Virus record (IMG/VR): IMGVR_UViG_3300030104_006170
Strand: one strand, 5' to 3'
DNA: 64,000 nt
Source of the DNA: a virus
Taxonomy: Duplodnaviria; Caudoviricetes
Every line of letters begins with the position of its first letter. The first letter of the stretch is position 1. Positions 28,914 through 38,503 of the stretch are shown one piece after another. Below the pieces are notes generated by a model, which did no database searches, was not told where the DNA came from, and saw only the letters and a list, made by a program, of their open reading frames with translations. Made by a program: the position numbers and the translations under genes.

Positions 28914-29690
28914 ATGATTATTAGTAAAATAATGGGTGGGCTAGGTAATCAAATGTTTCAGTATGCTTACGCAAGAAATTTATCTAATTTAAATAACACT
29001 AACTTTTATCTAGATACCTCGTTTTATAATAATCAAATTGGTGTGACCCCTAGAGTGTTTAGTTTAAATTCTTTCCCTAAAGCTTCTATAAATATAGAAA
29101 TTCCACAAGTAGAAAGTATCCAAGTCATTAATGACAACTTTAAATATGATTCCACCAAATTAATTAAGGGTACCTGTCTATTACAAGGTTATTGGCAAAG
29201 CGAAAAATACTTTAATGACTCTAAAAATTTAGTACTAGAGGACTTTTCTCCTGATGAAACCAATAGAAAAAAGTTACTTAAAAAATACCCTAAAGTAGGG
29301 GGTAATACAATATCTTTACATATTAGAAGAACAGATTATTTAACATCTAATGGTTATCATCCAGTACAAACTATTGATTATTACAATAAAGCTATAGATA
29401 TTTTAGGTACATATGAAAATATTTTTATATTTTCAGATGATATAGACTGGTGTAAAAATAATTTAAATTTCAAAAATATGGTTTTTGTTGAGGGTAATAA
29501 AGATATAGAAGATTTATGGTTAATGTCTTTATGTAGAAATAACATTATAGTTAATTCTTCTTTTAGTTGGTGGGGTGCTTATTTAAATAAGAATGTCGAT
29601 AAAATAGTTATTGCTCCATCTAAGTGGTTTGGTGATGGTGTTACCTTAAATACTGAGGACATACTACCAAAAAAATGGATTAAACTTTAA
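28914..29690 (+). CDS. Alpha-1,2-fucosyltransferase (GT11)
   Basis: GGLGNQMFQYA, GYWQSEKYF, HIRRTDY, NSSFSWWGAYL. Confidence 0.93.
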   Translation: MIISKIMGGLGNQMFQYAYARNLSNLNNTNFYLDTSFYNNQIGVTPRVFSLNSFPKASINIEIPQVESIQVINDNFKYDSTKLIKGTCLLQGYWQSEKYFNDSKNLVLEDFSPDETNRKKLLKKYPKVGGNTISLHIRRTDYLTSNGYHPVQTIDYYNKAIDILGTYENIFIFSDDIDWCKNNLNFKNMVFVEGNKDIEDLWLMSLCRNNIIVNSSFSWWGAYLNKNVDKIVIAPSKWFGDGVTLNTEDILPKKWIKL

Positions 29691-29694
29691 TAAT

Positions 29695-30678
29695 ATGGGT
29701 ACGAATAAAACAGCTTTAATAACAGGGATAAATGGTCAAGATGGTTCATATCTTGCTGAACTACTTTTAAAAAAAGGTTACAATGTTTGGGGTATATTAA
29801 AAAGAAATTCTGTTTCTGAGAACCAGACAGCTAGAATACCGGAAAACATATACCAAAAACTTAATTTAGTTTATGGTGATTTATTAGACATCCCATCTTT
29901 AATTAATGTATTACAGAAATCTAAACCAGATGAGGTATATAATTTGGCGGCACAATCACATGTGAGAATAAGTTTTGACCAACCAATTTACACAACCCAG
30001 GTCACAGGATTAGGTACTCTAAATTTATTAGAAGCTATAAGATTAACCAACCCCAACATTAAAATATATCAGGCTAGTTCTTCTGAAATGTTTGGCAATA
30101 ATATAGATAGTGATGGATACCAAAGAGAAACCACACCAATGGAACCGGTATCACCATATGGGTGTGCAAAAGTTTTTTCTTACAATATTTGTAAAAACTA
30201 TAGAAACTCATATAATATGTTTATTTCAAATGGGATTCTATTTAACCATGAATCACCAAGGAGAGGTACAAACTTTGTAACTAATAAAGTCGTTAAAGAA
30301 GCTGTAAAAATAAAATTAGGGTTATCTAATGAACTTAAATTAGGTAATATGAACGCCAGTAGAGATTGGGGACACGCTAAAGATTATGTAAAAGCGATGT
30401 GGTTAATGTTACAAGAAGACTCCCCGGCTGACTACGTATGTTCTACAGGGATTTCACATACGGTTAAAGATTTGGTAGAATATGTATTTGGTTCATTAGA
30501 ATTGGATTGGGAAAAATATGTGAGACAGGATAAAAAGTATTTACGACCTGAAGAATTAGAACATTTAAAAGGCGACTGTTCAAAAATAAAATCAGAGTTG
30601 GGTTGGTCACCTAACTATAATTTCGAATCTATGTTAGATGAGATGATTGAATATTGGTTAGAGTATTATGAAAAATGA
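29695..30678 (+). CDS. gmd: GDP-mannose 4,6-dehydratase
   Basis: ALITGINGQDGSYLAE, NLAAQSHV, QASSSE, SPYG, GILFNHESPRRG, RDWGHAKDYV. Confidence 0.97.
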   Translation: MGTNKTALITGINGQDGSYLAELLLKKGYNVWGILKRNSVSENQTARIPENIYQKLNLVYGDLLDIPSLINVLQKSKPDEVYNLAAQSHVRISFDQPIYTTQVTGLGTLNLLEAIRLTNPNIKIYQASSSEMFGNNIDSDGYQRETTPMEPVSPYGCAKVFSYNICKNYRNSYNMFISNGILFNHESPRRGTNFVTNKVVKEAVKIKLGLSNELKLGNMNASRDWGHAKDYVKAMWLMLQEDSPADYVCSTGISHTVKDLVEYVFGSLELDWEKYVRQDKKYLRPEELEHLKGDCSKIKSELGWSPNYNFESMLDEMIEYWLEYYEK

Positions 30679-31618
30679 TATGGAAATAATGGATGTTGGT
30701 GAGGTACATGTGAAAAGACCTAATTTATTAGTTACTGGTGGTCATGGTTTGGTCGGTAGCCAAATTAGTTCTGGTATAAAAATAGGTAGTATTGTAGATT
30801 TAAGAAATTCACAGATTTGTGATGCTTTTTTTAATGACACAAAACCCATAAACGTTGTTCATTGTGCAGCTAAAGTAGGTGGTTTAGGTGGTAATATGAA
30901 TCTAAAGGGTGAGTTTTTTTACGACAATATCATGATAAATACAAATGTGATAGAATCCTGTAGAAAATATGGGGTAAAAAAATTAGTTTGTTTTTTATCA
31001 ACTTGTGTTTTTCCAGATAATGTAGAATACCCATTAACAGAAAAAAAGATACATCTAGGTGAACCCCATAACTCTAATTATCCGTATGCATATGCTAAAA
31101 GAATGGCAGATATACAAATTAGAGCATATAGAGAGCAATACGATTTAAATTATGTATCTGTAATACCAACTAATATATATGGACCAAACGATAACTTTAA
31201 CTTAGAAAATGGACATGTAATACCTTCATTAATCCACAAATGTTATTTAGCCAAAAAAAATAATACCCCTTTTAAAATATGGGGAAGTGGTAAACCACTT
31301 AGAGAATTTATATACTCAGAAGATGTTGCTAAGCTAACTGAATGGGTTTTAGAGAATTATAATGAAGAAGAACCAATTATATTATCTACGTCTGAAGAAA
31401 TATCTATTAGAGATGTTGTTAAATTAATAATTAAACATATGGACTTTAAAGGTGATGTCATATGGGAAGATGAGAAACCTGATGGACAATTTAGGAAACC
31501 TAGTGATAATAGTAAATTAATGTCTTATTTACCAGATTTTAAATTCACTAGTTTAGATGAAGGATTAAAAAAAACAGTTGATTGGTTTGTATCAAACTAT
31601 AAATTATGTAGAAAATAA
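30668..31618 (+). CDS. fcl: GDP-L-fucose synthase
   Basis: AAKVGG, LSTCVFP, YAYAKR, PTNIYGPNDNF, HVIPSL, WGSGKPLREF, KPDG. Confidence 0.95.
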   Translation: MKNDMEIMDVGEVHVKRPNLLVTGGHGLVGSQISSGIKIGSIVDLRNSQICDAFFNDTKPINVVHCAAKVGGLGGNMNLKGEFFYDNIMINTNVIESCRKYGVKKLVCFLSTCVFPDNVEYPLTEKKIHLGEPHNSNYPYAYAKRMADIQIRAYREQYDLNYVSVIPTNIYGPNDNFNLENGHVIPSLIHKCYLAKKNNTPFKIWGSGKPLREFIYSEDVAKLTEWVLENYNEEEPIILSTSEEISIRDVVKLIIKHMDFKGDVIWEDEKPDGQFRKPSDNSKLMSYLPDFKFTSLDEGLKKTVDWFVSNYKLCRK

Positions 31619-31628
31619 ATAATTAAAA

Positions 31629-32372
31629 ATGGGAAGAAGAAGTAAAAAATTAAGTAGAGAGGAACAAATGGAGGTAGAAGAATGGATTTACCAAAATAAT
31701 ACCGAAGAAAAAAGACTTTCGGACACTATGACGATTAGTGTTAAGTGTAAAACAGAAAACCAAAAATCTCTGGTTAACGCTATAAAAGAAAAAGAGGTCA
31801 TAATTTGTTCTGGACCAGCTGGTACAGGTAAAACTTATTTAGCGTGTGCTGAAGCACTAAAACTAATCAAACGTTACGCTAAATATAAAAAAATTGTAAT
31901 TGTAAAATCTGTAACCACATTAAAGAATGAGGAAATTGGGTTTCTTAAAGGTGGTTTAAGAGAAAAAATGGAACCTTTTATGTTTTCATTTGTACATAAT
32001 TTTGAGAAGTTGGTGGGACAAGCTATAACTTCTAGACTTAGAGAATTAAAAACTATAGAAGAATTACCTATTGCTTATATGAGAGGTATTAATTTGGATA
32101 GGTCTATTATTATTATAGATGAGGCTCAAAATATATCACAAGAAAATATAAGAACTATTATGACTAGGTTAGGTAAAGATTCTAAAATGATATTCTTGGG
32201 TGATGAAAGACAACAAGATTCTAAAGGACATAATGGACTGACCTTTTTAATGGACCACTTCCAAGACATAGAGGAGATTGGGTGTGTTCAGTTTAATAAA
32301 TCAGACGTGGTAAGAAACCCATTAATAGCTAAAATAGAAAGGGTTTTTGATTCTTTACATATTGGTAGATAA
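31629..32372 (+). CDS. phoH: PhoH-like ATPase
   Basis: GPAGTGKT, AYMRG, DEAQN, TRLG, GDERQ, DVVRNPL. Confidence 0.95.
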   Translation: MGRRSKKLSREEQMEVEEWIYQNNTEEKRLSDTMTISVKCKTENQKSLVNAIKEKEVIICSGPAGTGKTYLACAEALKLIKRYAKYKKIVIVKSVTTLKNEEIGFLKGGLREKMEPFMFSFVHNFEKLVGQAITSRLRELKTIEELPIAYMRGINLDRSIIIIDEAQNISQENIRTIMTRLGKDSKMIFLGDERQQDSKGHNGLTFLMDHFQDIEEIGCVQFNKSDVVRNPLIAKIERVFDSLHIGR

Positions 32373-32387
32373 TAATTAGGTTTAAAT

Positions 32388-32960
32388 ATGATAATTAGTG
32401 TAAGTATAAACGGTGTATTAAGAGATATTTTGGGTAAGTTCGAACAAATTTATGAAAAATATAGTGGTAAAGAGGTAAAATCTCCGGTAATAACACCTGA
32501 CTTGATGGAGTATGTGGATTTTAAAGATGATGACGAATTATTAGATTTTTTATATAATGATGCAACTATGGAAATATTTGGTCAGGCAAAAGAAACAGAA
32601 AATAATGTTATTTCTCACTTAGTAGAACTTTACAAAGAAATGCCTGTAGATTATAAATTAAGAATAGTTAGTGATGATTTAGGTAAATCTAAATCTGCCA
32701 CATTATGGTTTTTATCTAAATATGGTTTAGTTTGTGATGAAATAGTTTTTTATACAACCGATACCATATCCGAATTATGGGATAAGAGTGATATTTTTAT
32801 AACTGCAGATACAGACATAATAAATAATAAACCAAAAGATAAAAAATTAATAATAATAGATAAGTGTTATAATGAAGGAATGAAAAGTGACTTGAGGATT
32901 AACACACTAAGAAAAATAAAATCGTTAGAAAATGCCTTTGAAAAAAACACTATCATATAG
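32388..32960 (+). CDS. HAD-fold 5'(3')-nucleotidase-like protein with degenerate motif I
   Basis: N-terminal SVSINGVLRD aligns with the HAD motif (x)DxDGV; LWFLSKYG; C-terminal pattern of this family. Confidence 0.6.
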   Translation: MIISVSINGVLRDILGKFEQIYEKYSGKEVKSPVITPDLMEYVDFKDDDELLDFLYNDATMEIFGQAKETENNVISHLVELYKEMPVDYKLRIVSDDLGKSKSATLWFLSKYGLVCDEIVFYTTDTISELWDKSDIFITADTDIINNKPKDKKLIIIDKCYNEGMKSDLRINTLRKIKSLENAFEKNTII

Positions 32961-33234
32961 TAAACTAAGACTTAAGGTTGGTTCCGAACAACTTTATTTT
33001 GATGTTGATGAATTAATGACTAACATTGAAATGGCGGGAAGTAAGGATGGTAAACCTACTGTAGAAATAAATTTACCTAAATTTGAGTTTTTTAAACTTA
33101 TGCTAGATACCACCTGTGGTATTGTGGAAGAGGCTGATGAGAATTTAGGTGTGGTGTCAATGAATAAATTATCTTTACCTTATAAGTTGGCTCTTAATAC
33201 ATTAATAAAATATAATATAATTAAAAAACTATAA
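32932..33234 (+). CDS. Hypothetical protein
   Basis: 100 aa ORF within the operon; start uncertain. Confidence 0.6.
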   Translation: MPLKKTLSYSKLRLKVGSEQLYFDVDELMTNIEMAGSKDGKPTVEINLPKFEFFKLMLDTTCGIVEEADENLGVVSMNKLSLPYKLALNTLIKYNIIKKL

Positions 33235-33238
33235 TTAA

Positions 33239-34306
33239 ATGGAAATGGAAAAACAATTATCCCAGTTAAAGTCTGGGTTGTCAAAAATGGAAAACAAAGA
33301 AGCTAAAATTTACTTTCTAACTCAGGATACGGAGGGTAGAGCGATAGCTTCTGTTAACTTAAACTATCAGTATGTAAAGTATTTAAAAGAAGCGGGATTT
33401 AACGCATACATTCTTTACGAGAAAAAAGAATACAAGGGTGTTGGTGATTGGTTACCTAAAGAGTATTCAGAATTACCACACGCTAACATAGAAAGTGGTG
33501 AACTTAAAGTAGGACCACAAGATTTTGTAATTATACCTGAATTATATGGTCACGTATTAGAACAAATAAAAGATATGCCTTGTACTAAAATGATATTCTG
33601 TCAAGCTTATGACTATATTTTAGAAACTTTACAACCTGGATTTAGTTGGGTTAATTACGGTGTAACAAAATGTATTACAACTACTGAATCACAAAAAGAG
33701 TATATTTCTGGTCTTTTTCCTTCAGTAGAAGTTAGTGTTATAAAACCTTCTATACCTGAATACTTTAAACCTTCTAAAAAACCTAAAACTCCTTTAGTAG
33801 CTGTTCATACTCGTGACCCTAGAGAAACTATGAAAATTATAAAAGAATTTTATTTAAGAAATCCACAATTTAAATGGTTAACTTTTAGAGATATGAGAAA
33901 TATGAGTAGAGAAGAATTTGCTAAAGTATTAGGTGAAGCTTGTGTTGGTGTTTGGGTGGATAGAATTAGTGGTTTTGGTACATTCCCTTTAGAGGCTATG
34001 AATTGTAATACACCTGTTATTGGTAACTTACCTATTTTAAAACCTGATTGGATGTCCCAAGAAAATGGTTTATGGGTTTACGACGAATCTAAAATTGTTG
34101 AGGTTTTGGGTAACTACGTTAAGAACTGGTTGGAGGATAATTTACCATCTAAACTATATGAAGAAATGGCAAAAACAGTCGTCCCTTATAAAGAAGAAGA
34201 TGAACGTAAATCAGTAATTTCTTATTTTACTAACTTATTTAATGAAAAAACGGAAGAATTTAAAAATTCCATAAACAAATTATCCCCTGTGGGTGTAAAC
34301 GCTTAA
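33239..34306 (+). CDS. Glycosyltransferase, GT-B (GT4-like)
   Basis: FVIIPE, SGFGTFPLEAMNCNTPVIG. Confidence 0.82.
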   Translation: MEMEKQLSQLKSGLSKMENKEAKIYFLTQDTEGRAIASVNLNYQYVKYLKEAGFNAYILYEKKEYKGVGDWLPKEYSELPHANIESGELKVGPQDFVIIPELYGHVLEQIKDMPCTKMIFCQAYDYILETLQPGFSWVNYGVTKCITTTESQKEYISGLFPSVEVSVIKPSIPEYFKPSKKPKTPLVAVHTRDPRETMKIIKEFYLRNPQFKWLTFRDMRNMSREEFAKVLGEACVGVWVDRISGFGTFPLEAMNCNTPVIGNLPILKPDWMSQENGLWVYDESKIVEVLGNYVKNWLEDNLPSKLYEEMAKTVVPYKEEDERKSVISYFTNLFNEKTEEFKNSINKLSPVGVNA

Positions 34307-34311
34307 AAGAT

Positions 34312-35109
34312 ATGAATAATAAAGATGTAACAGTTATATTACCTATACATAGTGTAGATGGTAAATTTGATGAATGGTTTTCTAAAGCCATAAAAAGTTT
34401 AGAACAGACACAAGTAAAACCGGGTTATTTATATTTGGTTTGTGCTGATGATAAAGAAATTAAAAATTATATGGAATCCTGGACACAACCAGAAGGGTTA
34501 ACAACTAAAATACTATATAATGGAGGAGAAACTGATTATTGTAGTCAAATAAATTTTGGTGTTGAGTCTTGTGAAACAGAATTTTTCTCTATTTTAGAAT
34601 ATGATGACGAATATTCAAATATTTGGTTTAAACAATTTAATGAATACGTAGAGGCTTATGAGGATGTTGATTTATTTTTCCCGTTAGTTGTAGATACTGA
34701 TGAAAATGGACAGTTTATAGGTTTTACTAATGAGGCTTTATGGGCAATGGGATTCTCTGAAGATTTAGGATATTTGGATAATAACACACTATTAAAGTAC
34801 CAAAATTTCCAAGTGAGTGGTATGATAATGAAAAAAGATAAGTTTGAAGAGGTTGGTGGTTTAAAACCTTCTATGAAACTAACCTTTAATTATGAATTTT
34901 TATTACGTGCTACATATAATGACACTGTTATCATGACCATACCTAAGGTAGGTTACAAACACACTAATCAAAGAGCAGATTCTTTGTTCTGGGATTACAA
35001 ATTTAATAAGGATAAACAACTAACACCAGATGAGGCTAAATTTTGGATTGAGTTGGCTAAAAAAGAGTATTTTTTTACTAAAGATAGGAAAGTAGAATAT
35101 TCAGTATAG
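34312..35109 (+). CDS. Glycosyltransferase family 2
   Basis: VTVILPI, INFGV, FSILEYDDEY, NYEFLLR. Confidence 0.82.
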   Translation: MNNKDVTVILPIHSVDGKFDEWFSKAIKSLEQTQVKPGYLYLVCADDKEIKNYMESWTQPEGLTTKILYNGGETDYCSQINFGVESCETEFFSILEYDDEYSNIWFKQFNEYVEAYEDVDLFFPLVVDTDENGQFIGFTNEALWAMGFSEDLGYLDNNTLLKYQNFQVSGMIMKKDKFEEVGGLKPSMKLTFNYEFLLRATYNDTVIMTIPKVGYKHTNQRADSLFWDYKFNKDKQLTPDEAKFWIELAKKEYFFTKDRKVEYSV

Positions 35110-35111
35110 TT

Positions 35112-35816
35112 ATGGGACGTAAACCACTAACTAAACAATATTTTGGGCCTGAACAGGAATTAGCTGTCCGTATATTTTTGACAGCTACTACCTGGGAAGA
35201 AAAAAATACTGTTTACAATACATTCCTTCGTGACCCCTTAACTAAAATGATTGATAGTATTATTAGACGTTATAGGTTATATAGACCCAACATGGAATTT
35301 AGAGATATACATGTAGATACGTTGTCTTTTTTGGTTACTAAGATGGAAAAATTTAAACCCGCAAAGGGAAAAAAGGCCTATTCTTATTTTGGCACTATTT
35401 GTAAAAACTACTTAATGGGTCAAATAATGAAAGATAATAGAGATAGGAATAGAAAAATTTCATATGAAGACATATCTTATAGTTTAGAACAAGATGTGAA
35501 ATATTCTTATGAAATATTAGAGGACGATGAATTACCTTTAGAAAAAATAATTCATTCATTAGTTGTAGAAATAAAACAGTTTATAAATGAAAATAGATTA
35601 AATATAAACGAAGAAAAAATAGGTTATTGCCTTATAGACGTGTTTGAAAATTATAAAACTATATTCATAGCTGGAAAAGGTAATAAATTTAATAAGAACG
35701 TAATACTTTATCAGTTACGTGAGATGAGTGGTCTAACGACAAAAGAAATTAGGGCTTCTTTAAAACCTTACAAAAATATATATAAAGATATCCTAGGGTC
35801 ATTAGTAAACCAGTAA
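35112..35816 (+). CDS. Phage sigma factor (T4 gp55-like late sigma)
   Basis: EKFKPAKGKKAYSYFGTICKNYL resembles sigma region 2 of gp55-type factors (FDP.K...FAYFT.I). Confidence 0.7.
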   Translation: MGRKPLTKQYFGPEQELAVRIFLTATTWEEKNTVYNTFLRDPLTKMIDSIIRRYRLYRPNMEFRDIHVDTLSFLVTKMEKFKPAKGKKAYSYFGTICKNYLMGQIMKDNRDRNRKISYEDISYSLEQDVKYSYEILEDDELPLEKIIHSLVVEIKQFINENRLNINEEKIGYCLIDVFENYKTIFIAGKGNKFNKNVILYQLREMSGLTTKEIRASLKPYKNIYKDILGSLVNQ

Positions 35817-35821
35817 TAAGA

Positions 35822-35829
35822 TATTTATA
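35822..35829 (+). promoter_or_regulatory. Putative late promoter TATTTATA
   Basis: 3 nt upstream of the ATG at 35833. Confidence 0.65.
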
Positions 35830-35832
35830 GGT

Positions 35833-36207
35833 ATGCCTAGACCTAAAAGAAAAGAAATAAAATTAACTCATGAAAGTGCTGTATCTCTAATGCAAGAGAT
35901 TTACAATGAATGTGTCGAGCAGCGTAGTACAGCCATTAGAATCCAAAATAAAATGATTGGATTTATGAAAGAGGCTGCCGATATGGCTTTAATTGGTCCT
36001 GTACTTAAAGAACAACAAAAAATTATCGACTCTTCAATCGATAAAAAACTACAATTATCAAAATTATTGGCTACTATTGTTTCTAAAAGTATGGAAGATG
36101 CTCAAAGTCCACATTCTTTAGGTGAAGATATTAAAGAATCCATCAACCAGTTACTAACCCAATCAAAAGATGGTGATGGTGATAATACTATTAAATATAA
36201 TATGTAA
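35833..36207 (+). CDS. Hypothetical helical protein
   Basis: 124 aa; late motif upstream. Confidence 0.7.
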   Translation: MPRPKRKEIKLTHESAVSLMQEIYNECVEQRSTAIRIQNKMIGFMKEAADMALIGPVLKEQQKIIDSSIDKKLQLSKLLATIVSKSMEDAQSPHSLGEDIKESINQLLTQSKDGDGDNTIKYNM

Positions 36208-38315
36208 TGGCCAATGATTCTATACAAACCCAAAAAGATATATTCGCTGGAATTCAAGGTTTATTAGCTTTTTTAGATACAACTGATGAAAAAAAGAATA
36301 GGGAAAATTTAGAAGCTTGGAAAAATACTCTAGAGTCCTTAAGAAATATTACTAGTAATCCACTCCCATTTCTTCTAGAGTTACTCAAAGTCTTAAAACA
36401 AAAAAAGTCTAATGAAAAAGCTGGACAAAAGGCTAAAAAAATGCGTGCCGCAAAACGTAAAAAAAGGAGAGGACAAAAAAATAAAACTGAAGATGGTAAA
36501 TTTAAAGAGACTAAAAAATCTTTTGCTGAAAAATTCGGGTTAGATGTTTCTTCGGATGCTTGGTTAAGGATATTAAATCAAATAATTAGAGAGTCTATTA
36601 TAGAGACACTACCCAAAGTTGATGATATACTCTATGAGGAGATAATTAAAGCTTTTAATTGTGACCTTTCTATGTTGGTACCTGTAGATGGTGATGGTTT
36701 AAATGGTCCCATAGTTATTAACATTAGTGCGGTCGACCAGTTAAAACAATTATTTAATGACCCCAATAGTGAGGTCGGTAAGTTTATGTATGAACAAGAC
36801 CAACTTAACTCTGGTGTGTATTCACCAGGTCAATCACCATACCCGGTTAATAGATTTTTAAGAGATATAATTTTTAATAACGGCGCTTTAGTTTCAGGGG
36901 CAGCTGGTACAAAACAAACTATATATGGTAGAAGTGGGAGAGCTCTTTTTGATATTGAAGCGTTAAACGGTCAATTTCTTATTTATCCTTATTATAAATT
37001 TGAGCCTGGTAACGCTCAGTATGTTTCTGCTCCTTCAGTCGCTGGTCCCGTACCTGGAGCACAAAAATTTACTTTTGTAGAATTTCTAAAAGATTACTTC
37101 GGTAATATAAAACTTATTGAGTTACAAAACTTTTTAGGAGCTCTTATGGAAATACTAACAGGATTTATGAGTGTGAGAAATAAAAACTTTAGTATAGAGG
37201 ATTTATTAGGTTTACAGAAATTTATGGCTTCGATTAATAAGATGTTAGAATCTTGTGACGGGATGGAAATGCATACATCTACTGATTCATTAAATGCTTT
37301 ATCTGAGTTACATCAGGACGATAGTTTTTTTGAGTTTACTGCTGAAGAAATTAAAAATATAGAAATAGAAACTGAAAAAAAATCTCAGAATGTAATTAGT
37401 TTATTAAGTTGTGGGGTTGTAGACGTACCTGTGGATAATGATGTTATAGATGAGGGGGTCGACGCAATATTAGCAACTTTTAATAAAGACGAACAAATTA
37501 AAGAGTTTGATTTGGTTTTACAAAAATTTGCTAGTACTTCCGCTAAGAAATATGGTTTTCAGATTGATTTAGGTTCTTTATCTTTACCCGCAGAGATAGA
37601 CTTTAAGGAAAATTTAATTAAAAAATTACCACAAATATTAATGTATTGTGTTCTTAACCCTAAGGGTGTTCTACCTATTGTTTTAACAGCTAAAATGTTA
37701 AATCAAAATGGAGCGATACCTACAGGTATCGATGTTTGGGCAAAAATATTTAAAAGAGTTATAATAAGAGTAATTAAAGAATTTTTAGCCGCAGTAGCTA
37801 GAAGAATATTAGCTTTAGTTAAAGAAATACTTTTACGTTATATAAGAGATTTAATAAAAAGAAAATTATCAGAAATGAATAAGAAGAAAATTAGAATGAT
37901 TAGAAAATTATTAGACATTTTACTACCTCTTATTATAGCTTTACAAGAAGCCAAAACATGTAAAGAAATATATGATATTTTATTAGCAACTTTGGCTGCT
38001 AATATGCCTGATATTCCTTTTGGGGTCCCACCTTTCTTAGTTTCTGCGGCAAGTCTACGTCCAGGAACTAGTGCTCTAGGTACTTTTGAAAAACTGATTG
38101 GTAAGCTACAGGACCAAGGAATACCTATCGGTGATATGCCTGATGGTTCACCCAATTTATTTATGTTATCACAATTTTCATTAATTCAGGCACAAGATGA
38201 AGAAAAAACAGATAATGGTTCCGCACAAGGAGTTATAATGAACGGACAAGTTATCCACCCATTAGGTCCCGGTATAATAAAACCTTTTACAAGAACTGAT
38301 AGTATATTAAAATAA
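36207..38315 (+). CDS. Hypothetical structural protein (baseplate region)
   Basis: 702 aa; translationally coupled; upstream of the gp5-like gene. Confidence 0.6.
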   Translation: MANDSIQTQKDIFAGIQGLLAFLDTTDEKKNRENLEAWKNTLESLRNITSNPLPFLLELLKVLKQKKSNEKAGQKAKKMRAAKRKKRRGQKNKTEDGKFKETKKSFAEKFGLDVSSDAWLRILNQIIRESIIETLPKVDDILYEEIIKAFNCDLSMLVPVDGDGLNGPIVINISAVDQLKQLFNDPNSEVGKFMYEQDQLNSGVYSPGQSPYPVNRFLRDIIFNNGALVSGAAGTKQTIYGRSGRALFDIEALNGQFLIYPYYKFEPGNAQYVSAPSVAGPVPGAQKFTFVEFLKDYFGNIKLIELQNFLGALMEILTGFMSVRNKNFSIEDLLGLQKFMASINKMLESCDGMEMHTSTDSLNALSELHQDDSFFEFTAEEIKNIEIETEKKSQNVISLLSCGVVDVPVDNDVIDEGVDAILATFNKDEQIKEFDLVLQKFASTSAKKYGFQIDLGSLSLPAEIDFKENLIKKLPQILMYCVLNPKGVLPIVLTAKMLNQNGAIPTGIDVWAKIFKRVIIRVIKEFLAAVARRILALVKEILLRYIRDLIKRKLSEMNKKKIRMIRKLLDILLPLIIALQEAKTCKEIYDILLATLAANMPDIPFGVPPFLVSAASLRPGTSALGTFEKLIGKLQDQGIPIGDMPDGSPNLFMLSQFSLIQAQDEEKTDNGSAQGVIMNGQVIHPLGPGIIKPFTRTDSILK

Positions 38316-38317
38316 TT

Positions 38318-38500
38318 ATGGCTGAATTTTTTAAAGAATATAAAGAAAAATCTAATAATGAAATATTAGAAATAATGCAAAAACTAAAAGATGAGTTTGA
38401 GAGAAGTAAGGATATAATGATACAACTTACATATCATATAGACGATGTTGAGAAGAAATTTAATTTATTAAATGATGAAATTAAAAAAAGAAAGGGGTAA
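38318..38500 (+). CDS. Small coiled-coil protein
   Basis: 60 aa; fills the gap in the late operon. Confidence 0.65.
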   Translation: MAEFFKEYKEKSNNEILEIMQKLKDEFERSKDIMIQLTYHIDDVEKKFNLLNDEIKKRKG

Positions 38501-38503
38501 AAA

